64,000 nt of DNA from a virus, in IMG/VR virus record IMGVR_UViG_3300009506_000023, positions 1,597 to 65,596 of that record; one strand, given 5' to 3'. The notes beneath the pieces are model-generated. The model worked only from the letters and a program-made list of their open reading frames with translations. It searched no databases and was not told the origin of the DNA. A program made the translations under genes and the position numbers. Positions 18,131-27,518 of the stretch are shown here, piece by piece. The stretch's first letter is position 1; each line of letters begins with the position of its first letter.

Positions 18131-20500
18131 ATGAAAAGATTATTGTTCATAATTCTATTTATAATATTCAGTTCTACACAATTATACTCAGCAACACAGA
18201 GTTATTTTGTTACGCCTACAGGAAATGCCTCAGACCCAGACTGCTCTGGAGGAGGTGCTCCCTCTTGTTCTGGAGCATGGGATGTCTCTGATTTTAATAG
18301 CTCAAGTAATTGGAGTACTTCAGAAAATGCTAATAAAATAGATCCAGATGATGTTGTGTATTTTACTGGTAGCTTTACAGATAATATTAGACTTCCTGAT
18401 GGTTACTACGGAACATCTGGCACACATATAGTGCTTGATGGTTACTATGCTGGAGATTGTGACCCAGTAGCAGATATGGAAAGACCTTATGGCTTTCATG
18501 ATGGCAGCAACGATGCAAGTGTTTTACAAGATTCGTATGCTACTTGGACAGATAATGTTATAGGGATGTATATAAAGAACGTCACAGATGGATCTGGGTG
18601 TACAATTACAGCAAGAACAGCTACAACTCTCACCTGTACATTAGGCGGTGGAAGCGAGAATAAGTGGGACGCTGGAGATTTGTATGCACTATCTGTTGGT
18701 GGAAATGATCCATCAGCCTGCCCAAATGCTGCTACAATAGATGTCACAAGATACAATGCATCAAGTGGACACGCTATAACTATTACTGACACTGATTACA
18801 TGACAATACAAGATTTTAATTTAAAAGGGAGTTATACAGGAATTTATGTTAGGCCATCAACATCAAGCAACAATACAGGTCTAACAATTAGACGCAATTA
18901 CATACATGATATGGAAGGTAATTGCATGTCGCTCCTAACTGATGATTCATATAATTATTGGGAAGAGGATTTAGTGATAGGAGGTGCTGATGGAGACGGT
19001 AATTATTTGTATGACTGTAATGAAGGAGCAAGAAGTGAAACGACTTGGGCAAGGTCTATACACATAACTGCAACAGATTTCATAATTAGTTATAATTTTA
19101 TAGCAAATAACCCAAGGTACCAGAATACTGGTAATAATTGTGAAATTATATTAGTTAGTAGAAGGCGTAATGGCTTAATTGAGAGAAATGTATTAGGATA
19201 CCCTCATGGGCAATCAGCATTAATGTTTGATGACAAATCGACGAATAGGTTTATAGTTAGATTTAACAGGATTGATGGTAGTAATGGCACTGGTGCTATT
19301 TCACTAAGGACACTAAATGCTACAATAGATGATGTATGGTTGTATGGAAATTATATATTAAATAGCAAAGGCGGTGGATTTGAGATAAGTAGATATTTTG
19401 ATGATATATACATATGGGCAAATGTTATTAATAATTTAGACCCAGAATATGGGTCATCAAATTCCAGAGGGATAGACATATATAAATACCCAAGTGACTC
19501 TATAGGAAGAGATGTTTGGGCCACAAATAATACAATAGCAAGAGTATACAGATATGCATCAGGAACTTATGGTGGCGGTATTTATTTTGGAAGCAGCTCA
19601 CCAGCAGACGGAAGGTTTGCTAATAACATACTTTATTATAATAGCACATCAACAGATAGACAATTTATTGTGAACTCTGGAAATGAATCATATGTAACAG
19701 CTATCAAAAACAACACAATATGGAGCAATAGTACGCCATATTTCTATTATAATGGTGCTAGTAGAACTGTTTCATATATTAACAGCTTAAGTAAAGGATC
19801 GGATAATAAAGCTGAAGATCCATTGTTTAACTCGCCAGCTGGACCAGATGGTGATTATGGTGATTATGACGATGATTATTCTTTATCTGGAGATAGCCCA
19901 TCCGTTGAGGATGGTACAAGTGAGTATGCTGAATGTTGGTACCCAGAAATAATGGGTGCAATTTATACTGTGTGTAGGCAGTATCTGCTTAACCCAGCAG
20001 ATACAGATTTCGGCAAGATACCACCAGACGCTGAAACATCAGATGTTTCGGGGCTATCTGCTTGGCCAAGGGGAGCATATGCACCTGCTGGACCAGAGAC
20101 TAACCTTCTTGCACCTCTTGGTAGACAGGCTTGTACAACCGACCCAGAAACAATAACAATATCAGTAAGCACACCAGATAATAATGCCAACTGTAAATAC
20201 TCAGACGCAAGCGTTGAAGGGTGTGAAACATCATTTGATAATCTTAATACAAATTTCACTAATGGCCAAGGGACAACATCTCATACAACTAATATAAGCC
20301 AAGACTGTGATGGTGTAAAAAGCTATGTAATAAAATGTCAAGATACAACATCAGGATTTGTTAGCCAATGTGTTACTGCTGTAGTTGATATCGCTGAATA
20401 TGGAGGAGCATTGCCCCCTTTAAATATTTGGTATGACTCTGGTGCTCCATTAGAAATGCCACTTAACGGCACAGTAAACATAGAATCAGGGATAGAATAA
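18131..20500 (+). CDS. Secreted right-handed beta-helix protein (pectate-lyase-like; possible depolymerase)
   Basis: 789 aa. N-terminal signal peptide MKRLLFIILFIIFSSTQLYSA. Segments of NxxG / I-x-D-x-D-Y-MTIQDFNLKG-type repeats are typical of parallel beta-helix proteins. Confidence 0.5.
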   Translation: MKRLLFIILFIIFSSTQLYSATQSYFVTPTGNASDPDCSGGGAPSCSGAWDVSDFNSSSNWSTSENANKIDPDDVVYFTGSFTDNIRLPDGYYGTSGTHIVLDGYYAGDCDPVADMERPYGFHDGSNDASVLQDSYATWTDNVIGMYIKNVTDGSGCTITARTATTLTCTLGGGSENKWDAGDLYALSVGGNDPSACPNAATIDVTRYNASSGHAITITDTDYMTIQDFNLKGSYTGIYVRPSTSSNNTGLTIRRNYIHDMEGNCMSLLTDDSYNYWEEDLVIGGADGDGNYLYDCNEGARSETTWARSIHITATDFIISYNFIANNPRYQNTGNNCEIILVSRRRNGLIERNVLGYPHGQSALMFDDKSTNRFIVRFNRIDGSNGTGAISLRTLNATIDDVWLYGNYILNSKGGGFEISRYFDDIYIWANVINNLDPEYGSSNSRGIDIYKYPSDSIGRDVWATNNTIARVYRYASGTYGGGIYFGSSSPADGRFANNILYYNSTSTDRQFIVNSGNESYVTAIKNNTIWSNSTPYFYYNGASRTVSYINSLSKGSDNKAEDPLFNSPAGPDGDYGDYDDDYSLSGDSPSVEDGTSEYAECWYPEIMGAIYTVCRQYLLNPADTDFGKIPPDAETSDVSGLSAWPRGAYAPAGPETNLLAPLGRQACTTDPETITISVSTPDNNANCKYSDASVEGCETSFDNLNTNFTNGQGTTSHTTNISQDCDGVKSYVIKCQDTTSGFVSQCVTAVVDIAEYGGALPPLNIWYDSGAPLEMPLNGTVNIESGIE

Positions 20501-20832
20501 TGAGTATAAGCATGGATGATAAAACACTGATAAGACTGCTTATAATTTTCATTGTTGGTTTAATAGGGTTTACTACCACAAGGGAAATTTCAAGAGTAGA
20601 CAGAAGTGTGACGGTACTACACACAAGGATAAATGCTACAGACAGTAAAAAAGCAGATAATAGTGATCTCCAACGCCTTGAAGATGAGATGAAAGGTAAG
20701 GCTACTCAAGAGCAGATACATAGAGCATTTGATTTAATAAAGACAAAGTTGGATAAGGAGGATGGGCAGAGAGAATTTGGATTTGTGTGGAAAGAGATTG
20801 ATAAACTGAGGAACAAGAGCTGTAATCAATGA
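20500..20832 (+). CDS. Membrane protein, holin- or i-spanin-like
   Basis: 110 aa with a single N-terminal TM (LIRLLIIFIVGLIGF) and a charged coiled C-terminus. Immediately upstream of the endolysin. Confidence 0.35.
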   Translation: MSISMDDKTLIRLLIIFIVGLIGFTTTREISRVDRSVTVLHTRINATDSKKADNSDLQRLEDEMKGKATQEQIHRAFDLIKTKLDKEDGQREFGFVWKEIDKLRNKSCNQ

Positions 20833-21299
20833 TGTTCATACCTGACGGGATAAAGCTTTACGAAGTTTTACCGCATTACTTTTATGATGCTAACTATCCA
20901 AAGTACCAAGATGTTCTTTGGATGATGTTTGATTATCGTCTTTTAATCACTGCTCATAGGCTTCGTAAAAGATACGGAGTAGTATATCTTAATAATTGGT
21001 ATTGGGGAGGAGATAAACAATATAGAGGTTGGAGACCACTTGATACAGGAATTGGAGCCCATCTCTCTCAACACAAGTTCGGTAGAGCATTAGATATGGT
21101 ATTTAAAGATGCTACGGCTGATGAAATAAGAAATAATATACTGAATTCTCCTTATTCTGATGACCATAAATTTATCTGTGGAGTAGAAATGGATGTAGGA
21201 TGGCTACATATTGACTCTGGAAATAGGAATAGGCACCATGTTGAGATACATGGTATGATGCCAGGTGGAGTTAACCCAATAAAAAGGATATACCCATGA
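20829..21299 (+). CDS. Endolysin, peptidase M15 (VanY / L-Ala-D-Glu peptidase-like)
   Basis: Zn-ligand pattern SQHKFGRALD...DHKF...WLHID matches the M15 H-x6-D / D-x-H motif. Confidence 0.6.
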   Translation: MMFIPDGIKLYEVLPHYFYDANYPKYQDVLWMMFDYRLLITAHRLRKRYGVVYLNNWYWGGDKQYRGWRPLDTGIGAHLSQHKFGRALDMVFKDATADEIRNNILNSPYSDDHKFICGVEMDVGWLHIDSGNRNRHHVEIHGMMPGGVNPIKRIYP

Positions 21300-21553
21300 A
21301 AGGTGACTATATAACATTTGAGAATTGGCCAAGCAATTATATGTTTTATAGATGGTCAAGTCTAAATCTGGCAAATAGGTGTAAAAGAAAGGAGGTGAAT
21401 AAGAAAAAATTTACTAAGGCTGAAATTGAGGAAAATGTTAAGAGGTATTCACACCTTGACAACAAGGAGCAAGCAGCAAAACTCGATATCAGTGTAGCTA
21501 AGTATTTCAAATTGAAAAGAGAATTTGGCTTAACTAAAAAACGGAAGGGGTAA
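21296..21553 (+). CDS. Hypothetical basic protein
   Basis: 85-aa ORF in an overlapping ATGA arrangement. Confidence 0.35.
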   Translation: MKGDYITFENWPSNYMFYRWSSLNLANRCKRKEVNKKKFTKAEIEENVKRYSHLDNKEQAAKLDISVAKYFKLKREFGLTKKRKG

Positions 21554-21557
21554 AATC

Positions 21558-22268
21558 ATGAAGAAATTAGTTTTAGTTTTTATTAGTATTTTTGTATTTG
21601 CAAGTATGTCTGTTGCCAAAGATATAACATTAAAGTTTGAATGGCAACCAAACTCAGAATCAGACTTGGCTGGTTATGCTGTATATAGCAAAGTTGAGGG
21701 GCAAAATTACAACTATTCTTCGCCTATTAAAACTGTGGGATTGGTTACTACTGCAGATGTAACATTTCCTGTGGCAGATAATACAGAGCAGAAGAATTAT
21801 TTTATTATCCGAGCATTCGACTCAAATGCCAATTTCTCAGATGATTCAAATGAGGTTTGGGGAGATATTGATTTAAGAGTTCCACCTGCCCCGAATATAA
21901 CAGCAGCAGCCTATAATGATACAACTCAAACCATAGACTTCACTTTTGACCAGAGCAACTTGGATCTTGTTGATAAGTGGGAACTCTATATGTCAAACGC
22001 ATCAGGTGGCCCATGGACAAAGATAGCAGATATTGCTAAGGCAGACCCTCCTGCTCTTTCTACTTCTTGGCAGGTACCAGGTGATGGAGACTACTTTTTT
22101 GCTATGGTGGCTTTTAGAGATGGCTCTGACTCGCTCTCAGAAGATGGGTCTCAATTCACTTCTATAAATGCTGGCTTTAGCCCCAACTCTAATGAGGCAT
22201 CAGCACAAGTTAAAATTCATCCAAGCCCCAACTTTACATTTAAAATTAAGTTGAGAGTCTATCAATAA
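21558..22268 (+). CDS. Secreted protein with signal peptide (Ig/FN3-like?)
   Basis: MKKLVLVFISIFVFASMSVA signal, with RBS GGGG..ATG. Confidence 0.4.
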   Translation: MKKLVLVFISIFVFASMSVAKDITLKFEWQPNSESDLAGYAVYSKVEGQNYNYSSPIKTVGLVTTADVTFPVADNTEQKNYFIIRAFDSNANFSDDSNEVWGDIDLRVPPAPNITAAAYNDTTQTIDFTFDQSNLDLVDKWELYMSNASGGPWTKIADIAKADPPALSTSWQVPGDGDYFFAMVAFRDGSDSLSEDGSQFTSINAGFSPNSNEASAQVKIHPSPNFTFKIKLRVYQ

Positions 22269-22279
22269 GAGGTGATAAA

Positions 22280-22498
22280 ATGAAAGAATGGGCAAAAATT
22301 TTCTGGGACAAGCATGGTGAGCGGTTAATATATGCTTTCTTGGCTCTTTCTATCGCTGTTGTTATGTATCAAGTTGATCTTAAAAAGGAAGCAAATACCA
22401 TAATTATAGGGGTTGCTACTTTATTCGTTAATAAAATGCGAAGTGGTAATGGTGCCCCTACACCAGAAGTCCCAAAAACAAATGAGGGGGCTACATGA
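22280..22498 (+). CDS. Small membrane protein (holin-like)
   Basis: 72 aa with hydrophobic stretches LIYAFLALSIAVVMY and IIIGVATLFV. Confidence 0.35.
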   Translation: MKEWAKIFWDKHGERLIYAFLALSIAVVMYQVDLKKEANTIIIGVATLFVNKMRSGNGAPTPEVPKTNEGAT

Positions 22499-22878
22499 AC
22501 AGACAGAGAAACATAAATATTGTTTTGGTTATTTTGAGTTTAGTGCTTATCTTCTCGTGTGCTAAGAAAGAAGTTATACTTACTCAGGAGCAAGAGGCAG
22601 AGCGTGCCTACTATGAGGCTAAGTATGTCCATGCTACAGCTGAGATGAAGTTTACACAGGCTCTATTAAAGTACAATCTCTGGTGTAATAATCCAGAATA
22701 TAAAGAGGCATGTTCTAAAGTGGATGATCTTTGGCTAAAGGCAAATAGTGCTCTTGATACATGGGGGGCACTTGTTGATTCAAAATCGCCTTCTACTGGT
22801 GCTGCTGATGATTATCAGAGCCAGCTAAAAGCACTGAAGACAAAACTCCTGATGGAGTTACCAACATATTCTTGGTAA
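22495..22878 (+). CDS. Lipoprotein (o-spanin-like candidate)
   Basis: Signal plus lipobox LIFSCAK. 127 aa, adjacent to a membrane-protein gene in the lysis region. Confidence 0.35.
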   Translation: MNRQRNINIVLVILSLVLIFSCAKKEVILTQEQEAERAYYEAKYVHATAEMKFTQALLKYNLWCNNPEYKEACSKVDDLWLKANSALDTWGALVDSKSPSTGAADDYQSQLKALKTKLLMELPTYSW

Positions 22879-22884
22879 GGAGGA

Positions 22885-23097
22885 ATGATGTCAATTACAC
22901 CGCTTGAGATGAAACTCCTATTAGTAGGAGCAGATTTAGCATCCGATGTTCTCATGGACATATACTTTGACATGAAAGGGTCTGGTAAAAAATCCATAAC
23001 TGCTGAGGAAATTCTTGCCATGGCTCAGAAATGGAAGAGTATAAAAGATACTGAGATCAGAAAAGTCCAAGAGAGGATTTCTGCCAGTAAAACCTGA
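22885..23097 (+). CDS. Hypothetical protein
   Basis: 70-aa ORF, the last + strand gene before the convergence point. Confidence 0.3.
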   Translation: MMSITPLEMKLLLVGADLASDVLMDIYFDMKGSGKKSITAEEILAMAQKWKSIKDTEIRKVQERISASKT

Positions 23098-23101
23098 TAT
23101 G

Positions 23102-23201
23102 TGCGACAGCTTGCTGCGACCACTAACTAGACGAAACACTACAATAAAATTACCTTAAGAAAAGGCGTACTAGTTGAATCGGGCTATGCTGTCGCATTTT
23201 T
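23102..23201 (+). terminator. Candidate intrinsic terminator for the + arm (9-bp stem tgcgacagc / gctgtcgca with a long loop, then TTTTT)
   Basis: Reverse-complement arms at 23102-23110 and 23188-23196, followed by ttttt, at the convergence of the two arms. Confidence 0.3.
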
Positions 23202-23260
23202 AGGATAAAATCGTTTTTAGCCCTTTTATAGTAATGGCTCAGGAAAACGGCTCCTGCATT

Positions 23261-23318
23261 TCGCTTGCATTCTACAATCTAGGGTTGGGGAATACCTAAG
23301 TATAGGGGAATTTTAGCC
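23261..23318. repeat. Conserved ~58-nt intergenic element, copy A
   Basis: CTCCTGCATTTCGCTTGCATTCTACAATCT AGGGTTGGGGAATACCTAAGTATAGGGG. Related copies at 32651, 48297 and 57476. Confidence 0.7.
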
Positions 23319-23978
23319 TTTTTTAACAGAACTAACTTTTTTAGTCTTAGTTACATGGAAAGTTGTCTCTGCCTCTATATTTACACCCTCAGCATGTGAG
23401 ACAATTATCTGTTGGAAGCCCAAATCATTAGAAACCATATTAAGCATTTCTGAGATTTTATATTGTAGAGCAGGGTCAGCATTTCTGAAAGGCTCATCAG
23501 AAAGTAAAGTCTTCCTAACTTCATAATCACAATACTCATCCTCTAAGAGAATATAGGCAATTCTCAAAATATAATCTGCTACATCAACGTAGCCATAACC
23601 TGAACACTCTAATGGGTGCTGCTCTCTTTCTCCTTCCTTAAAAAGTAAGTCGCACTCTGTAGCACCTCTTCTCTCAACCATCCTTACAACAAATTCTGGT
23701 GGCTTCGGTATTGTAGCAGATTTCACTTCTACTGAAGATAACGCCATAGTTGTTATGTTAGATAGGTGTTTCTCTATTTCACTCTGAGTCTCACGAGCAA
23801 CTACCTTGAGGATTTCTTGGGCTTCTTTGGCTGCTATTAAGTCTTTCTCAGCCTCTTCTTTATCAGCCTTGAGTCTCACCAGCCTATCTCTTGTGCTATT
23901 TAGGCTTATAAGCATCTCGTCAACGTATTCTCTTATATCAACTAGTTGCTCTTTCATATTCATTTGAGATTTCCTCAT
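23313..23978 (-). CDS. SbcC/Rad50-like ATPase, C-terminal lobe (Walker B, D-loop, H-loop)
   Basis: N-terminal coiled coil. ECSGYGY is a degenerate signature. LLSDEPFRNADPA matches Walker B/D-loop and QQIIVSH the H-loop. Confidence 0.5.
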   Translation of the reverse strand: MRKSQMNMKEQLVDIREYVDEMLISLNSTRDRLVRLKADKEEAEKDLIAAKEAQEILKVVARETQSEIEKHLSNITTMALSSVEVKSATIPKPPEFVVRMVERRGATECDLLFKEGEREQHPLECSGYGYVDVADYILRIAYILLEDEYCDYEVRKTLLSDEPFRNADPALQYKISEMLNMVSNDLGFQQIIVSHAEGVNIEAETTFHVTKTKKVSSVKKG

Positions 23979-24195
23979 ATAATTTCTTTATTCTTTTGCT
24001 AATATTCTCAAGTTCTGCTTTACCGTCTTCTATAAAAGAATTCATTTCTTCCTTAGAATTAATATCATATGAGTCCTTAAGTTGTTTCATATAAGTCTTT
24101 ATAGCCCCTTGAGATTGAGCCCTTGCCTCTTTTCTCTCTACTATATAAGACTCCATAGTTTCAACTTCGTCTTTTATTCTTTCAATCTCACCCAT
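23938..24195 (-). CDS. Coiled-coil protein, likely the returning coiled-coil arm of the SbcC C-half (frameshifted relative to 23313..23978)
   Basis: 85 aa and entirely heptad-like. Overlaps the next ORF by 41 nt in another frame. Confidence 0.35.
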   Translation of the reverse strand: MGEIERIKDEVETMESYIVERKEARAQSQGAIKTYMKQLKDSYDINSKEEMNSFIEDGKAELENISKRIKKLYEEISNEYERATS

Positions 24196-25102
24196 CTCCC
24201 ATAATCCTTCCTATGAAGTTTTCTGTCCTTTTACTCAAAGCCTCATCCTTCTTTAAAGACTCGACTCGGTTAAAAACTCGTTTCCTATAATCAAGACCTT
24301 TTATCTTAGTCTTTTTCTTTAGGACATCTCTAAGCTCATTGAGCCTTAGATTTTCTTTCTCCTCTTTCTCTACTTCCTCAAAGTCAACTACTTTATCAAA
24401 AGGCTCTATTGGTATAAATACTTCTTCAATTTCTCTTGAGTCTGTATCATATATAAATACTGATGGCCTATGTCTTGCTTGATCTATTCTGCTTCTCATA
24501 AGAGAGCCACAATTAATAAGAATCCTGTCCTTCCACCTGTGAAGAAATGATGTGTGGTTATCTCCACTTACTACAAGGTCATAGCCATAACGTCTTAGGA
24601 AGGTTCCAGCTACTTCGTAATCTTCTTGACCAGCCCAAAGCTTGTCTGCAACTATCATCCTATGAGTTATAAGTATATTCAGCTTATCTTTATCTTGTAT
24701 TTTCGGAACTGGCTTTCCCCATCCAGAGCCATAAACATTGGTTCTTCCACTTAAGAGTGGTATATCGTAAGCCATCCTCATACCAATACCAGATTTTATT
24801 ACACCGTATGGTGTATTAGATAGGTTACTTGTATGGTATCTCATATCGTGCTGACCAGGAACTGAGATTATTATTGGAAGTGCTGGTCTCTTCAAAATAT
24901 CTATCCACCTAACTTTGAAGCTATCGCTTGAGAAATGTTTATCTGTTAGATCACCTGGCTGTAAAATAAATGAGCACTCGAAATGAGCAGCTGCTTCAAG
25001 TATGAATTTTATCTTCTTCTCTTGTGCTAATTGATAATCATCTATCCTACATCTTGGAGTCTTATCTGTTAGGTGCCAGTCACCCGTAATTAAGAGTTTT
25101 AT
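24188..25102 (-). CDS. SbcD/Mre11-like nuclease, probably starting at a non-canonical codon upstream of the track start
   Basis: The frame is open up to a TGA at 25127-25129. It encodes DIKLLITGDWHLTDK...QPGDLTDKH (Mre11 motifs I and II) upstream of the first ATG/GTG/TTG, with RBS GGGAGGTG 6 nt before an ATA codon. Later motifs are GDNH and ITHRMIV. Confidence 0.5.
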   Translation of the reverse strand: MKLLITGDWHLTDKTPRCRIDDYQLAQEKKIKFILEAAAHFECSFILQPGDLTDKHFSSDSFKVRWIDILKRPALPIIISVPGQHDMRYHTSNLSNTPYGVIKSGIGMRMAYDIPLLSGRTNVYGSGWGKPVPKIQDKDKLNILITHRMIVADKLWAGQEDYEVAGTFLRRYGYDLVVSGDNHTSFLHRWKDRILINCGSLMRSRIDQARHRPSVFIYDTDSREIEEVFIPIEPFDKVVDFEEVEKEEKENLRLNELRDVLKKKTKIKGLDYRKRVFNRVESLKKDEALSKRTENFIGRIMGDG

Positions 25103-25103
25103 A

Positions 25104-26210
25104 TCACACCTCCCGCCAGTGTTTTCTCAAAGCACCACATTTAGTACAGTATTCTAACTGGCTCTCTAACTCTTTTAGCTTTTTATCACTTTTATCTATC
25201 TGATTAGAAAGAGATGATATTATTACCTCTGTATTTTTTATCATAGAAGATATATCCATAACATCAAGAACTGCATTATTTATGAAGTTATAATCATTTA
25301 TAAGCTTTTTCACCTCAGATACTTTTGGCTCTAAGGCTATTATAGCATTAGCTTGATCTTCATCTGCCTCCCAGCTCTCTATCATTGTGCGTATATAAAC
25401 AGCTCCACTTATTTCTTCTTCTTTTTTATCACTCTCTTCTATTAGCCTTTTTAAAACCCCTATGGCTGGGAGTATGTGCTCAACAGAGTTATAAGACTTT
25501 ATATTAAGCTCATGCTCACTAATATTATCTTTAATCTCTAAAAGATAGGCTAATTCTGCTTCATCAGAATCGAATGTATCTATTAACTCATCAATTTTCG
25601 CAAGCTTAAGCCTTAGTCTTTCTGCTGTCTTAAATTCAACACTTTCGAGTTCTTTCTCTGTACCCTCTATCTGCTCACCTAAAAGAGTGATTTTATTCGA
25701 CAGGTGTTTGACTATTGTCTTAGCCTTAGATGCTTTCTCGTCTATTATCTTTAGACCTACAACCTTATTGAGTTCAGAAGACACTTGCCCAGGTGTCTTA
25801 TCTATAAGAAAGTATTTATCTTTTTGTGTGAGGATATTATGAGATCGTAGCTTTGTTATTTCTCTTATCTCGTCTGGTACATCTGTTCTTAATGCTACAA
25901 AAGGCTCTTTGTGCTCAGAGGTTATGTAGCCATTAATCGTTCTATTTTTCTGCCTACTTATAAATGACCCTTCACCGAAGGCGATTGATACAGATACTTC
26001 GTCAGCAAGTTTAGCATCATCATTTCTGTATTTATCACCAGCCCCTCTTGGTCTATTCTCAGCAGCCCATTCTACAGCCCTAACAATAGATGATTTTCCA
26101 GAATGAGTACGACCTTTAATTATATTCAATCCAGAAGAGAAGTCAAGTAATGTGTACTTGTGCCCTTGAAAGTTTATGATTTCTATTTGGTCTATTGGCC
26201 AATTAGACAT
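25104..26210 (-). CDS. SbcC/Rad50-like ATPase, N-terminal half (Walker A plus coiled coil, ending at a CxxC zinc-hook-like motif)
   Basis: GRTHSGKSS is Walker A. A ~250-aa coiled coil follows. Terminal ...LEYCTKCGALRKHWREV. Confidence 0.55.
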   Translation of the reverse strand: MSNWPIDQIEIINFQGHKYTLLDFSSGLNIIKGRTHSGKSSIVRAVEWAAENRPRGAGDKYRNDDAKLADEVSVSIAFGEGSFISRQKNRTINGYITSEHKEPFVALRTDVPDEIREITKLRSHNILTQKDKYFLIDKTPGQVSSELNKVVGLKIIDEKASKAKTIVKHLSNKITLLGEQIEGTEKELESVEFKTAERLRLKLAKIDELIDTFDSDEAELAYLLEIKDNISEHELNIKSYNSVEHILPAIGVLKRLIEESDKKEEEISGAVYIRTMIESWEADEDQANAIIALEPKVSEVKKLINDYNFINNAVLDVMDISSMIKNTEVIISSLSNQIDKSDKKLKELESQLEYCTKCGALRKHWREV

Positions 26211-26709
26211 ATTGTCTCCGACACCAGTCAGCTATTAGAAGGGCATCAGCTCTACCATCTTTAGCACCACCCCTTGGCCCAGTAAGTTTAGCTTGAGGAA
26301 ACATCCTCTGAGCTGCTGCTAATGCTGGCTTTTTATCTTGGGCTTTAGCTATAACCCCCTTTTGCCAAGTTCTTGGAGTTATCTCTCTGAATGGTATACC
26401 AAAAGAGGCAAGTATCCCTTTCCAAATACCATAGTTCATTCCAAACTTGAACATAGACCTTACGCCCTGTTTAGGCATGGCTTGACCCTTCTCTATGGCA
26501 GCATAAGTCGTCCAATGCTGTGACCAATCTCTAAGAAGCTGTGCTGCTGCTATCTCGTTTCCTGGCCAATCTTGGAGCATAATTATATGTTGCTGATCAT
26601 TTATTACAGCAATAGCCCCGTTAGCACCTGGGTCTATTCCTATGTAGACATTACTCGTCTTTTGCGTCTTCGAGTATCGAGTCAATTTTCCGCTTTCTCC
26701 TTTCCTCAT
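26203..26709 (-). CDS. RuvC-like Holliday junction resolvase
   Basis: YIGIDPGANGAIAV matches the RuvC N-terminal catalytic Asp motif. C-terminal DALLIADW. Confidence 0.6.
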   Translation of the reverse strand: MRKGESGKLTRYSKTQKTSNVYIGIDPGANGAIAVINDQQHIIMLQDWPGNEIAAAQLLRDWSQHWTTYAAIEKGQAMPKQGVRSMFKFGMNYGIWKGILASFGIPFREITPRTWQKGVIAKAQDKKPALAAAQRMFPQAKLTGPRGGAKDGRADALLIADWCRRQYV

Positions 26710-26989
26710 CCATAGGTCTTAGAGTAGTATTTTTATCATCTATGAGTTTGCCCTCTTCTCTTAGTTCTTTCATCAGTTCTTCTCTTACTCTATCAACTTC
26801 GCTTGGGCTTAAAGGTCTATTGCTGATATATGCTGTTGTGTATGATGATGGAGAATGTGCTGCTGATGAGAAAACACCAGAGGAAGTAGAGCTATATACT
26901 GCTACACTTGATCCAGCATTCCTTCCTGTAAAGAAGCTTGTTACATGCTGTATTATTCCAGGTCTTTCGTCGTCATCGAAACTACTCAT
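26651..26989 (-). CDS. Hypothetical Ser-rich acidic protein
   Basis: 112-aa ORF that overlaps ORF 26203..26709 by 59 nt. Confidence 0.3.
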   Translation of the reverse strand: MSSFDDDERPGIIQHVTSFFTGRNAGSSVAVYSSTSSGVFSSAAHSPSSYTTAYISNRPLSPSEVDRVREELMKELREEGKLIDDKNTTLRPMDEERRKRKIDSILEDAKDE

Positions 26990-27518
26990 CTAATTTCCTC
27001 GAAGGTCTATCTTTTGGGCTTGGTGAGAATACTGTTTCATCTTCTTTTTCTCTTCTTCTTGTTCCTACTATGTATTGGTTGCCATAACTATCTCTTCTTA
27101 CAATTATCTCATCTTCTATCCTATGGTGGTGTACTGCTGGATTTGGGATATAAGATATAGATGAAACTGCATCCATGTTATATAGCTGTGTTCCTTCATA
27201 CGGATCAACATAGTCACCACTAGGAGATATACTTTCAGTTCCAGTAGGCTCTATAGATGGTGATACAGATGCTGAAGGAGATACTGAAACGGATGGCCCA
27301 GTTGATACATTCCCTGATGGTGCGGCAGCAACTGATGGTTCATATCCATACACATCATCTAATGTTCTATTAGTCATAGTAGTTGTTACAAGCCCCCTAT
27401 CTGCCCATATTTTCTCATACCTTCGCCTATCAAGATAGAGAATTATTCTTGCTATTATAAAGACTAATATCATTGTTATAAAGCAAACAATGACTACCTT
27501 TAAAACTGGGCTACCCAT
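26982..27518 (-). CDS. Membrane protein with an N-terminal TM and an S-P-S-type Ser/Pro-rich segment
   Basis: VLKVVIVCFITMILVFIIARIILY TM segment. GPSVSVSPSASVSPSIEPTG echoes the tail-fibre repeat unit. Confidence 0.4.
   Translation of the reverse strand: MGSPVLKVVIVCFITMILVFIIARIILYLDRRRYEKIWADRGLVTTTMTNRTLDDVYGYEPSVAAAPSGNVSTGPSVSVSPSASVSPSIEPTGTESISPSGDYVDPYEGTQLYNMDAVSSISYIPNPAVHHHRIEDEIIVRRDSYGNQYIVGTRRREKEDETVFSPSPKDRPSRKLDE

Noticed and set aside
23100-23320. Integrase or attachment site at the arm convergence
   Set aside because: There is no recombinase gene in the window. The region contains only a terminator-like hairpin and conserved element A.
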